Of a DNA stretch of 64,000 nt, positions 49,291-61,744 are shown one piece after another. This DNA is from Hypanus sabinus (lineage: Eukaryota), in NCBI RefSeq assembly GCF_030144855.1, contig NC_082714.1, forward strand, positions 94,736,001 to 94,800,000. Reading direction: 5' to 3'. The stretch's first letter is position 1. Each line of letters opens with the position of its first letter. The notes beneath the pieces were generated by a model. That model did not search any database and was not told where the DNA came from. It saw only the letters and a program-made list of their open reading frames with translations. Both the position numbers and the translations under genes were made by a program.

Positions 49291-50129
49291 TAAATATGTA
49301 AGTCGGCAGGGAAAGGAAAGTGAGAGTGAGATAGCGAGAGAGACAGACAGACTGACAGACAGGGAGGGAAAGAGAGCCAGAACTACAAAACTTGGATAAG
49401 GGATAGAGCGTGAGAGTCCAATAATGAAAAGCACACCCTTGCCTTCTTTCTGAATGACCCACATAGCATACTCGTTAATCCTGTGGAAAAGGGAGTGTAT
49501 CTTAGGGTGCTAGTACAAGACCAGACGATTTGATTGAGATTTCCACATTTCAGGTTAGGTCCAGAGAACTGGAGAGTTTTTCTTTTAAAACTTCCAGCTG
49601 CCTTTTGTATCATCAGATACGTTTTCAGGTTCCTGTGCCAGGTTAAATAATTTCACACAATCCAACACTTCCAATGAATTTACAACTAATATTGATTATT
49701 AATATAATCATTCTTCCATCTGTCAATTTATTTATGTATTTGTTGTTTCTGCACAATTTGTCTTCTTCGGCACAATGGTTGCATGTCCGTCTTCGTTTTT
49801 GCGTGTTTTACTTGACTCCATTTTGTTTCTAAGTGTCTACTGCGAATGCCTGCAGGAAATTGAATCTCAGCCTTTTACAATTAACTTAATTTGAATTTTC
49901 AACTTTATGATCCCAAACTTAGGGTCGCATCTTATTTAAATAACGTAATTTAATCAATCCAATGGTAACTGTATAATAGTCATCACTGCGAGTTGATGGC
50001 GAAGGTATCGTCAAGATGGGGGAATGTTAGGTATTGTGCGGATTTGATAAATGTGACCTTGAACGGTTTAGACCTCAATAATTATTGGGGCAGAATCGAT
50101 GGTGCCGAATGCTTTATGTTTTTGCAGAC

Positions 50130-50456
50130 AACATCTGCCGATATAGACATCTAAAATCAGTTTTAACTGAGTCTTTACTAACTTCGACAGGACTGGATAC
50201 GTGACACAAATGAAGCTGAAACATTTCAGAAGTAAGAAGTTAAGGCTTTGAATATAAGTGAGATCGCCATTCTCAGATTCCAACTGTCGGGCGGTCTGTC
50301 TCCGCCCCATCCTTTCCCTGGCGCCTCCCACTCATTAACATACCCGTTAAAAAAAACAGACCAGGGGCCACCGGTTTGCAGAGGCTGCAACCGGAGCCGT
50401 TCCTTGTGTTTGTAGAACAGTGCGCGATTCGGTGGAACATTGCTCTGTCCGGAGGA
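50130..50456 (+). promoter_or_regulatory. IgL cluster 2 promoter region
   Basis: Homologous to 19330-19691; TACGTGAC (50198-50205), 23-bp shared block (50319-50341), GTTTGCAG at about 50373. Confidence 0.7.
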
Positions 50457-50505
50457 ATGTCCCGAGTGCTGCCTCTCCTCTGGGCTCTCCTGGTCCACTT
50501 ATCAG
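50457..50505 (+). CDS. IgL-sigma2: Leader exon of cluster 2 (MSRVLPLLWALLVHLS-G)
   Basis: GGAGGAATG start, hydrophobic signal peptide, GTGAGT donor at 50506, 95-nt intron. Confidence 0.95.
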
Positions 50506-50600
50506 GTGAGTGTCTCATTGCTGAAAAATTGCGACTGCCGCTGATTTTCTATCGCGTATTAAAAGATTGGTGAGACTTCACTTACTCTGCTTCATCGCAG

Positions 50601-50960
50601 GTGTCCTAGCTGTCCCAGTCCTCAATCAGACACTAATGTCCGGTCCTGTCTCCGCGGGGCAGACGGCCAGCTTAGAGTGTCGGATGCAGAACGGAGAGAT
50701 TGGAAGTTACTACATGCGCTGGTATCGACAGCGTCCCGGGGAGAGACCGGAGTGGGTGCTTACGCACGATAACGAGAGGGATAATGAAATACACCGAGGG
50801 AGTGGGATCACAACACGTTTCCAAGCATCCAGAGACACTTCCAGCAACATTCACATCCTGACCATCGGCAGCTTGGAGCCACAGGACTCCGCTGTTTATT
50901 ACTGTTCAGCATGGGATGATGGATTTATCTTCGGTCCAGGCACTATCCTGGATATAAAGA
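50601..50960 (+). CDS. IgL-sigma2: Germline-joined VJ exon, IgL sigma-2 (type I/NS5), intact
   Basis: VPVLNQT..SAGQTASLECRMQNG..WYRQRPGE..SRDTSSNIHILTIGSLEPQDSAVYYCSAWDDGFIFGPGT matches the known NS5/type I pattern; GTAAGT donor at 50961. Confidence 0.97.
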
Positions 50961-52205
50961 GTAAGTGACTCGCTCATTCCAAGGAATTCACATCATAGTC
51001 CCTCCTATTTCCCACAGCTGTGGAAAAAGCCATGCAGGGAATAATGATGCCATCTCTATGCCGTGGGGATGATTGCCCTGTCTCGAATAGGAATAGGAGC
51101 CCATTCGGTACCTCTAACGAGCCATTATTAAATTTCATGGTATTTATGCACAGGCTACATATCGGAATTCGAATGCAACAGTCTGGGGTGGTGGGTGACC
51201 AGATCGATCAAGTAATGTCCCCCATTTAACACTGAACCCGGGTCTATTACTGTCGGAATCGGAACCAGTCCCACTCAATCCCCAAAACTTTCCCCAATAT
51301 TCAGAACTGCTATAAATGGTAGTCAAGGGCTTCAGAATTGACTGCCTCAAGTTCAAAATTTCAACAACGGCACGACCAAGTAAGGAAAACTGCAGATATT
51401 TTAAGGTATAGTGCAGAAAAAATGCTGGAAAACTAGCGCTCTAGTCAGAGGGAGGAGCGAGACAGGTTGGGTTTGCAGATGCCCGGCAGGTAATCACAGT
51501 CTAACCTGAACTGTTCTTGTTTCCTCACTTCTGTTCAGCTCAGGGGCCCACTCTTCTTTTCCGCCATTTCCTCGGCCACCACTGGGCGAGGAAATTTGGA
51601 CATTCCGAAGTGCACCAAATCGGGGAGGGGGATGGGGCGAATTCAATGAGGAATTCGCTCGGCACAGGGACCAGCAGCACCGCATTTGCTCATAATAATG
51701 GGGTCCGGAGTTATGGTAATTGTTTATTGGGAATCGGGAAAGCTTTGCTACAGAGGATACTAGGTTCGAAATCTAAAGTTTGTAGAGCTCCCTCAAACAT
51801 AAAATGCGTCAATTCACGTTCCCAGTTAAGGATCTGAAGAATTATTAGTAAATTATTATTAAACACGAATCTACAGAAATACCAGTAAGCGGGGAGAACC
51901 GTGTGCAGGAACTGGTGAGTGGTATGAATGAGTCTCCTTACTCATCTCTGGTGGGGCCCGGACTTCCCCACCCGGGAAGACAGTGGATGTTAAAATTCAT
52001 TTAGGATTTGTGATTAATCTGGAAAACTCCTCACTGACGCTTTGTCCACTGATGGAATGATTACATCCTCCGCCACACTTTTCATCGTTTGCCTCAGTAC
52101 TCGGTAGCTTCTGATTATTCGCTGCGGAGTTTTCTATCCTCGAGTTACGATAGTCCACAAATTAATATTGTTTCACTTCCACTCCGTTTCCCCTCTCACA
52201 CACAG

Positions 52206-52534
52206 GTAGCGAGTCCCGCAGGCCCTCGGTTCTCCTGCTCCCTCCTTCCCCGGAGGAGACCGGCTCGGGTTCGGCTACTCTGTCCTGCCTGGTGAGCGGT
52301 TTTAAGCCGGGCTTTGTAGCGCTTCGCTGGAGCGTGGATAACGTGGAGACTGAGAACGGGGTGACAACGGGCACCGCGTCACTGGATACCGACCAGTCCT
52401 ACAGGCTGATCAGCTACCTGCGGGTTCCCCCCGCTGCCTGGGAAAAAGGTTCCAGTTATTCCTGCAGCGTGAGCCACAGCTCGCTGAGCTCGCCTCTGCG
52501 TCACACCATCTCTTCGTTGGTCTGTTCGCAGTGA
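52206..52534 (+). CDS. IgL-sigma2: IgL sigma-2 constant exon, cluster 2, intact
   Basis: CACAG acceptor; SESRRPSVLLLPPS..ATLSCLVSGFKPGFV..W..WEKGSSYSCSVSH..VCSQ*; both Ig Cys and the terminal Cys present. Confidence 0.97.
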
Positions 52535-55399
52535 GGCCGCGCCAGTTGACAGCACACGTGTATTGCTTCCACTGACTGGGACTGTGCAGCAGCGTTGTGT
52601 AATGCAATTCTTCATTAATATCCGCATCTGGGAAAAAACAAATGTTCAGCTAGCGCGAAGACTGCCCGTCTTTTGCAACACGTAATTATCTGGAAAATTA
52701 TATCCACTGTGCTGAGTCTGATTTCTGCTGTGTGTAGAATGTAGCGATCTCCCTGTGACTGTGTTATGATTGGATCTTGTGTATCACAACTCTTAGTAAA
52801 GATGTAACTACTGGTTGGTTTATCATGGTCTGTCTTTACTCGCGGGAGATTGCTGGCAGATAACGAGCCGTCTGCAAGCCGAGTCACACAGAATTACGCT
52901 CAAATCCACTCAGTAATCTTATTCCACCGTTCCTGGTCAAAGCAGATCTCTCTGTCCTGCGCTGGCCTCTTCCGTCTTCGTTAATCTCCCACCATCACAG
53001 GGAATTTCTCTTCCATGTCGTCCTGTTCATCTGCCCTTAATTTCGTACCATCATTGTGTCAGGGAGATCAAATTTCTCACTGTATTTTGGCTATATGCTG
53101 ATCTTGAATGAGATAGTTACGCTGCAAAGGTGCTTACTCGAGCTTTAGCCATTCTCTACACCTGATGTTATCTGTTCTCTTAGTTCCACCACAAAGACCA
53201 AATGATCTCTTTGTACACCTCTATTCCACGTCAAACGCATACTACCCCCCCCCCCCCATCCACCCAGCCGGTACACACACGAGCACACAAGCATATAACC
53301 TCCCAGGAGACTCAGAAAATTACCTTCAGTAACGTCTGACTATCTATGGTCGACGTTGTTCTAATCAGGGTGTAGGTATCTGCTCCATTTCATATCTGTC
53401 ACCCCTTAGACATGTTATCCGATCCCGTACACAAAACCTCCGCGAGGGAATGTTTTAAAGGACTGGGCAAGTGAACATTTTACATCAACACACAGAAACC
53501 AGAGTAGACCATTCAACACTTTCCTCCCACTCCATCAACCAATATGATCAATGTGGACCTGTCCTCTCAGTTCCGGTTTCCTTTACTGACCCACCAGTTC
53601 ACTGAGTATCCCGTCTCAGTCATTGGAAAATCCCCGCCAGTTAGCGTGACGTTATCGTCAAAATTCAAAGTAATTTTATTAACAAAGTACAGATATGTCT
53701 ACCACCCTGACATTCATTTTGTTGTGGACATTTTGAGTTTAACAGAAATACTATATACTATAGAATCAATGAAAATCCACAATTAAATATTTTACATAGG
53801 TAGCTGGATGGATAGCTAGATAGGTAGATGGGTAGATATATACATAGATAACACTCATGACATGAGTTGTAGAGTTTTTGAAAGTGAGACCATAAGTTTT
53901 GGAATCAGTTCAGAGTTCTGGGTTTTGAAGTCATTCATATTGTTCCTGTAGTCTGATGTTTGAAGGGCAATAGCTGTTACTGAACCTAGTGTTGTGGGGC
54001 TTAAGGTCTGTCTATTAATCACATGAAATAGAGTTGCTGAACCGGGAACAAGAGCGAGATGACAAAAGACCCCGTGTGCACAAGTTTAAGTTAAATCCTG
54101 CCTGATTAATAGACTGAGTATGACTGAGTTGACGGGTGTGTTTAACAGGCCCATGAACTCACAGAAAATTTAGATAAATTTCGCACAAATCATTCACTAC
54201 GTTAACTGCGGAAATCTGTTAGGGTTGCTTTGAAGGTGGGGGTGTAGATGGAACGGCAGCGATAAGCACATCTTACAATACCCGAGGGCAGGGACAGAGT
54301 GGTACAAATCCAAGCTTATAAACAGATAAATATTTAACGGGTTTCTTTAGAAGAAGAAGGGGATTCCAACCAAGGTACGCAGTGATTGTGAGCTGGCTGA
54401 TGCTCCGTAAGTGTGTTTCACTGAAAAGGACTGAGTGGTATTTCCAGCTGGATCTGATCCCATTTTACAGAGGCGATTATTGCACAGGTTTGTATCCCTG
54501 ACAACGTAGAAACCTGGAAACAAAAGAAATTTTGAAAATACCGGAAATCTAAAGAAACACTCACATAAAATCACAAATTGCTGGAGGAATGGAAAGGAAT
54601 AAAGAGTCGACTTTCCATGCCCAATATGCAGCGGAAACATTGTAAAACAGTCGGTTAAATTCACCATATCATGAGAACGCTCCATCCTGACCCCCTTCGT
54701 GGATGTCGAGATATAAATTTATTTTCCACATCGGCATTACCTCTACATGTCAACTACAACGGCAATATGCAAACTAAATATTATGGTATACTGAACTAAT
54801 AATGATACTGAATATAAACAGTTCAGATCTCATATTGGAAAGGTGAGCACGAATGATGTGGTGAAGGTAGAATTCACCCATTCGCCGGAATATAGTCAGT
54901 AGACAAGGTTCAACAGTTAAAACAAGCGGCGTTCGCATCTCTTCACCGCCTGTTACCCGTTCTTTTAATCCCCTACAATCGGGCATTTTCAGCACTGGGA
55001 CAAGAACTGTTCGGATGGGAAACAACTTGCTCTCCCGATCCGTGAGACGACTGAACTCCCTGTCACCACCCAGGTCTCTTCACTTAGGAAGCGCCTATAA
55101 CGTTACATTGTTTACGTTTTAATTTCTGTCGTAAATACACCTGATACTAAAACTCAGTCTTCTTGAATCTGTTTTATTATATGTTAATTAATTTCTAGTA
55201 ATATTATGTCATGTGTTTTGTGTCAATTCTATGCTCTATGTAATAGGCTGCTTACAAACCTTCTAAATATACGTCTTCTGAGTTACTCTCACTGACATCT
55301 ACAGCCTGAAATTCGCCTTTAAACAACGTCCTTTTGAACCTTCCTCAACTGCCGATCTCATGATCTTCTGAAGGACTGAGCAGACATAACTCTCAAGCA

Positions 55400-57700
55400 T
55401 GCAGGAATGGCGGTTTTAAGCGGACGAAGGTACATGGTCATGGCCGGAAGAGAAGGGGGAGGGGTGGACTCCAGACCAGACTGAACTGCCAAGCAATGAG
55501 CGGTCCTCCAGCCAGCTCCTTGTTAGCAAATGTACATTCGCTGCAGAACAAGACCGAGGACCTAAAGGCAAGATTGCTGTATCGGAAGGAAATCAGGTAT
55601 AAGACCCACCGGATTCTCGATACAGAGGGTGGAACGGACTGCAGATTCGGAGAGGCAAAATTTGAGAGTCTGTGTTGCAGGATAAACTCTCGGTGGCACA
55701 CGGAGCTGGCCGTTTTATTTTCTTCTAGTCCCTCCCAACGGGATCATCTAACGATTCAGTGCTGACCATTCTACTTATCAAGGGAGTATTTCTTCGTGCT
55801 CCTGAGCGCAGTTTCCATGCAGCCAAAAGTTGACATTAATCAAACGGTCGAGATATCGAATGTTGCTATCGCCAAACAAGACACGGTCCACCCCGACGTT
55901 TTTCAGATCATAGTCGATGACTTCAAACAGGCTAGGGCTATTGAAGAAATCTCAGCACATTTATCATTAACATCAAAGGTGCAGCAGCATTCCCAACATT
56001 CTATAATAAGGAATGAGTTAAAATAAGGAATTCCAACCGTTCCAACCCTAGACCGCATTTCGAGACATCAGATCACTTGGCCGACCGTCTGCGACCTCCA
56101 TGCAAGCACAGGCTGAAGACCAAGGTTCCAGATACATCAGTACAGCAGAAAATGTTCCCACACCAACGAAAAGGTAAAAAACCTCATTTGGAGAGATTTC
56201 TGGAGTTTTATCCATGTCATGATATTTTCCACATATTTGTATCAAATCAAACTAATTTTAAGCTTTTGTCATAGCATAGCGGTTTATTCGAACTAAATGT
56301 GAATCACTGGAGGATGCCGACAGCTATGTCGAGCTGTTTTGAGTGCTGTTACTCCTTAGAAGAAGAGAAACTAAGATATATAGGTGACAAAAGAATTCGC
56401 TCCCTGATAACCTCAATGCCTTCCATGCTCGATTTCATCGTCCAAATATGGGGACAGCTTCAGGAAATCCATCGCAGTGACCCTGTAATTTCATTTGCTG
56501 AGACGACGTGAAAGTGTAATTCACGAGTGTGAATTCACGGAAATTATCCGGCCCAGATGGTCTACCTACCCGAGTCCTAAAGAACTATCCATATCAGTTG
56601 GATGGCATATTCACCGATATAGTTAACCTTCAATCGGCTGTCTTCAATCACACTGGGAGCTAAGCAGAACGTGGTGACCCACTTAAATAACTACCGTATA
56701 TTAGAAATTACATTCCCTGTGATTAAGAGTTTTTGAGAATCTGATGATAAAATATATCAGGTTCTGCATAAGAATCGACTTTAATCACTTCCAGTTGACA
56801 CATCTGCACAACGGGTCCATAGTAGATGCCATTTCATCAGTAATTAACTCAATCCTAGACGATCTGGACAACAAAGGTGCACACATCTGGATGCTCTCTA
56901 TCGTCTATTGCTCGATATTCAATACTATCATCTCATCAAATATAATCAATTAGTTTAAATTTTAGGCCTCGATACCTTGTTGTGCAATTGGATCCTCGAT
57001 TTCCTCACTTGAAGACCCTTGTCTGTTCAAATTTGGCAACGGCAACTGCTGCACCATCTCCAAAAGCACAGGTGCACCACATGGTTGTGCGATTAACCTC
57101 CTGCTTGACTCGTTTTATACTTATGACTGTGAGGCAAAGCAGAGCTCCAATGCCATGTTTCAGTTTCTGATGACAGCACTGTCGTTGACCGAATCAAAGG
57201 TGGTAACGAATCAGTATTTAGGAGAGATATTTAAAATATGGCTGAGTGGTGCCACAGTTACAACATCTCACCACCATCATCAAGCACAAAGAACGGAATT
57301 CAGGAAGAGAGAGAAGTAGAGATCAATGAACCAACCTTCATCGAGGCATGAAGGGTAGAAACGTTCAACAACTTTAATTTTTTTCTCAGTTATTATTTCA
57401 GGGGTATCTGTCCTGGCCGGGCACGTAATTGCAATCACTGTAGTGTCTCTACCTCCTTAAAATTTTACGAAGATTTGGCATGACATCTAAAATTTTGACA
57501 AACTTCTGTACATGTATGGTGGAGAGTATGTTGACGAGTTACATCAAGGCCTGGTATGGAAGCACAGCTGCCTTTGAACGGAGAATCCCACAATGACTAA
57601 TAAATGCTGCCCAGAACATCCCTCCCCACCACTGAGCACATCGACACCGAGCGCTGTCGCAGGAAAGCAGCGTCCATCATGAAACCATAAAAAATATCTG
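55400..57700 (+). mobile_element. Degraded Rex1/Babar LINE
   Basis: SSLLANVHSLQNKTEDLKARL (55496-55765) and DAISSVINSILDDLDNKGAHIWML..FNTII (56744-56953). Confidence 0.85.
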
Positions 57701-57719
57701 GTCGTCGAACCTGATCTGC

Positions 57720-58620
57720 CATTTTATCCTGTCAGATCCATTACCGTCTCAGCCCCAGTCTCCTAACTTCGGCTCGTGTCGCTTCATGGTCGAAGAAATC
57801 AAGAACCCAGCAAACTAAGGATTAAATATACCTAATGACTTAGCTTCCAATACCGCTTGTGACAAGGAAATCCACAGAATCACCACACTCTGGCTAAAGA
57901 AATATCTCCTACCTGCCCCCCAACCTATCTTCCTCTTGTCCGTAAACATGGCCACAAAGCGTTCAATTCCGTCGTCAAAATTATTGTTACGTAACGTAAA
58001 AAAAGAAGCGGTTCCAACGCAGCACCCACCCCCCCCCCCCCGGTGGAATATGACTCGACACTGGCAGCCAGCTAAAAACGGCTCATTTTATTCCCACTCT
58101 TTCACTCCTCCCAATCAGCTAATGCTCTTTACAGTTTGGTATTTTTTTCTTTAATAACATGTGCTCTTAACTTGTTAAGCAGCCTCATCTGTGGCACCTT
58201 CTGAAAATCCGAATACACAAAATCATCCGATAATAAACTTTTGTCCATCCTGCTTTATTCAAAGAATTCCGACAGATTTGCCAGTCAAGAATTTCCCTGA
58301 AGGAAACCATGCTGACTTAGGGCTATTTTATCATGTGCCTCCAAGTGTCCCGAATTCACATCCTTAGCAATCGACTCCAACACCTTCCGAACCACTGAGG
58401 TCAGACTAACAGGCCTGTAATTTTCTTTCTCCTACCACTGACCCCGAAGTCTTCCTTTAACTTAAGCTCTCTAATTAATTCCATTTCATAGCACAACACC
58501 TACTGCAGAAGCTCTAATCCCCTCGCGAGCTCAATAAAGAAGCTGTTCTAAAAGCCATCTCGGAAACATTCTACAAATTCCCCTCTTGGGATCCAAATCA
58601 GGCTTCATAATGAAATCCTC
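57720..58620 (-). mobile_element. CR1 3' fragments
   Basis: Decayed CR1 3' UTR and RT sequence. Confidence 0.65.
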
Positions 58621-60985
58621 CATTAACTATCAATACTTAAGTATGAATTCGATTTCTAAGTAACTGCAATAGTCTTTTTGGCTAATGCCAAAGCAATTTT
58701 TATAAATTATTTCTGATATTTGTTCAATTTGAGATTCGGTTTTATCTCTTCAATATCACCTAATAAAAATAATACTGGGTTACGTGGAAGTTGTATTCCG
58801 ATAATTTGTTCCAATAAAACTCTTAAATTTATCCAAAAAGGTTGAATTTTAGCACAAGACCAAGTAGAGAGTAAAAAAGTACCAATATCTTGATTACAAC
58901 GAAAACATTGAACAGATAAATTTGGATTTAATCTATTTATTTTTGTAGTGTAATATATAATTGATGCAAAAATTATATTATACTAATCTAAGTCGGACAT
59001 TTATTGTATTTGTCATACAGTCAAGAGATAGTCTTCACCAATTTGTTTCATCAAGTATTCAAATCAGTTTCACATTTTTGTCTTGACTTGTGAATTTCTG
59101 GTTTAATTGTCTGTTTTTGAATCAAATTATACATACAAGATGTATTTTTAAATTTTTCCTTTTAGAATTAAAGTTTCTATTTCATTAGCTTTTGGCAGTA
59201 ACATTGTTTGAACCAGTTTATCTCTTAAATAGCCCTTTAATTGAAAATAACAGAAAAGAGTGTTACTTGATATTTTATATTTATTCTTTAATTGATCGAA
59301 TGACATCAATATACCTCCTTCAAAACAATCTCCTATATATCTATTCCCTTTTGAAACCGGTTATATAAAAGTTGGTTAACCATTGTAAAAGGAATGAGTC
59401 TATTTTGAATTAAAGGTCTCCTTGCTAATAAAGATTTCTTTACCTCATCATCAACATTTGTCTTGTTCTATAAATCAATCAAATGTTTTAATATAAGGGA
59501 TTCTTTCTTTTCCCGTATCCATTTAGATTCCCATTTATATATAAGATCTTCTAGTTTATTTTCTCCTATCTTATCTAACTCTATTCTAATCCATGCCGGT
59601 TTATCTTGATCAAAAAAGATGCAATAAATCTAAGTTGATTTGCTTTATAATAATTCTTAAAATTTGGGAATTGTAACCCTCCTAGGTCAAATTCACATGT
59701 CAATTTTTCCAACGATATTCTTGACATCTTACCTTTCCAAAGAAACTTCCTCACACCTTTATTCAACGCTTGAAAAACCTTCTTCGGCAGTTGTATTGAT
59801 AGTGTTTGGAATAAATACTGTAATCTAGGAAATAATTTCATTTTTACAACATTGACTCTACCTACTAATATTATTGGTAACATCATCCATTTATCAGGAT
59901 CTTCTTGAATTGTTTTCAATAATGGCAAATAATTTAATTTATATAAATTATTTATATCGTTATCAACTCTTATACAAAATATTTTATACCATTTATCGGC
60001 CATCTAAATTGAGTTACTAGTCGACATTGACTGTAATCTCCTTTAGTCAGGGGTAAAATTTCACTTTTATCCCAATTTATTTTCTACCCTGATATTTTCC
60101 CATATTCTTCCAACATAAAAGGTAATTTACGCAACGAATGCAATGGGTTTGTTAAATAAATCAGAACATCATCAGCAAATAGATTAATCTTATATTTCTC
60201 CCGATTCACTTTAAAACACATAATATCTGAATCAGTTCTAATTAATTCAGCTAAAGGTTCTATCGCCAATACAAATAGACTAGGTGATAATGGGCAGCCT
60301 TGTCTCGTTGACCTTGCTTATTGAAATGGTGTTGAACTTTGGCCATTTGTCACTACTTTAGCTTTAGGATTAGTATTTAAAGTTTTAATCCAGTTTGTGA
60401 AAGATTCTCCTAACCCATATTTTTCCAATACTTTAGATAAAAAATCCCATTCCAATCTATCAAATGCTTTTGCTGCATCTAAAGAAACGGCTACACTCAT
60501 TTCATCCCTCTTTTGTGCCAAATGAATTATGCTAAGTAACCGAGTTACATTATCTGCCGATTGTCTATTTTTAATAAATCCTGTTTGATCCATATGTATT
60601 AATTTTGGTAAATATTTAGATAATCTATTAGATAATTTTTTGCTGTTATTTTATAGGCCGTATTCAACAAAGAAATAGGCCTATATGATGTTGGTTTTAA
60701 AAGATTTCTACCTTTTTTGGCAATACTGTTAGAATTGCTGTCCAAAAAGATTCTGGAAGTTTATGTGTTCTTTCCACCTGATATATTAACTCCATAAAAT
60801 GAGGGATTAATAAATCTTTAAACTTTTTATAAAATTCAAGCGGAAAACCATCCTCTCCTGGAGATTTATTATTCTGAGGTGATCCTAGGGCTTCTTCAAC
60901 CTCTTTTAATGTAAAAGGCACAGCTGATCCCTTGCATTCTTCCGAATTCAATTCTGGAAGAGTTATTTGTGATAGAATAAGCCTT
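58620..60985 (-). mobile_element. Second L1-clade LINE, 5'-truncated RT region
   Basis: DQTGFIKNR..SLDAAKAFD (60318-60593), NLFADD (60084-60269), FPRLQYLFQ (59581-60003). Confidence 0.9.
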
Positions 60986-61310
60986 GCATGGGGCAACTGA
61001 TCAAATGCCTTGCTGAAATCCATATACACTACATATACTACAGTACCTACATCAATCTGTTTAGTCACATCCTCAAAAAATTCAATCAGGTTCGTAAGGC
61101 ACGACCTGCCTTTCATGAAGCCATGCTGACTATCCCTAATCATATAATGCCTCTCCAAATATTCATAAATCCTGCCTCTCAGGATCTTCTCCCTTAACGT
61201 ACCAAACACTGAGGTAAGATTCACTTGGTCTATAATTTACTAGGCGATCTGTACTCCCTTTCTTGAATAAAGGAACAAATCTGCAACCCTCTATGCTCCG
61301 GAACCTTTCA
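60986..61310 (-). mobile_element. CR1 RT fragment abutting the L1
   Basis: SQHGFMKGRSCLTNLIEFFEDVTK..YMDFSKAFD. Confidence 0.9.
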
Positions 61311-61744
61311 TCTATAAAAATATAATTTTCATTTTACCAAATGAACCACTTTTCTGCCAACCTGCCTGTCCTTTCGATACAATGTGTATCATACACAGCT
61401 GAACATGTAGCATTTTCGTCGGTGTGGACGTTGAGCTTGGGAAATATTTGCTGTGTGGTGACGAGAGACTTTGGAGAACTATGCCCTAGAGTACAAGGCA
61501 GAAACTACAAAAAGAACCTAAGCCCAGTTAGCGCTGCAGGGTTTTCTTACTGCTGTGTTTGTGTGGCCTCCGTCGGTCGTGGTCGACCATGGTGTACTGC
61601 GCCTGTGGTAGTCACTGGTTTGTCGAGCAGCGTCGACTGTGGCTATTGTGGCCGATCCTGGAACGGCAGGCTCTGCCACAGTTGCTGCATGTGTAGGGCG
61701 TCGTGGAATTATTGTCCACTGTCCGCTGTGCTCTCCGTTTAGCT

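Noticed and set aside
60697-61224. 175-aa ORF looking like a novel RT-related protein
   Set aside because: Chance in-frame junction of a CR1 RT fragment (to ..DQLPHARL) with an L1 fragment (from ILSQITLP..); the domain order makes no sense as a gene.
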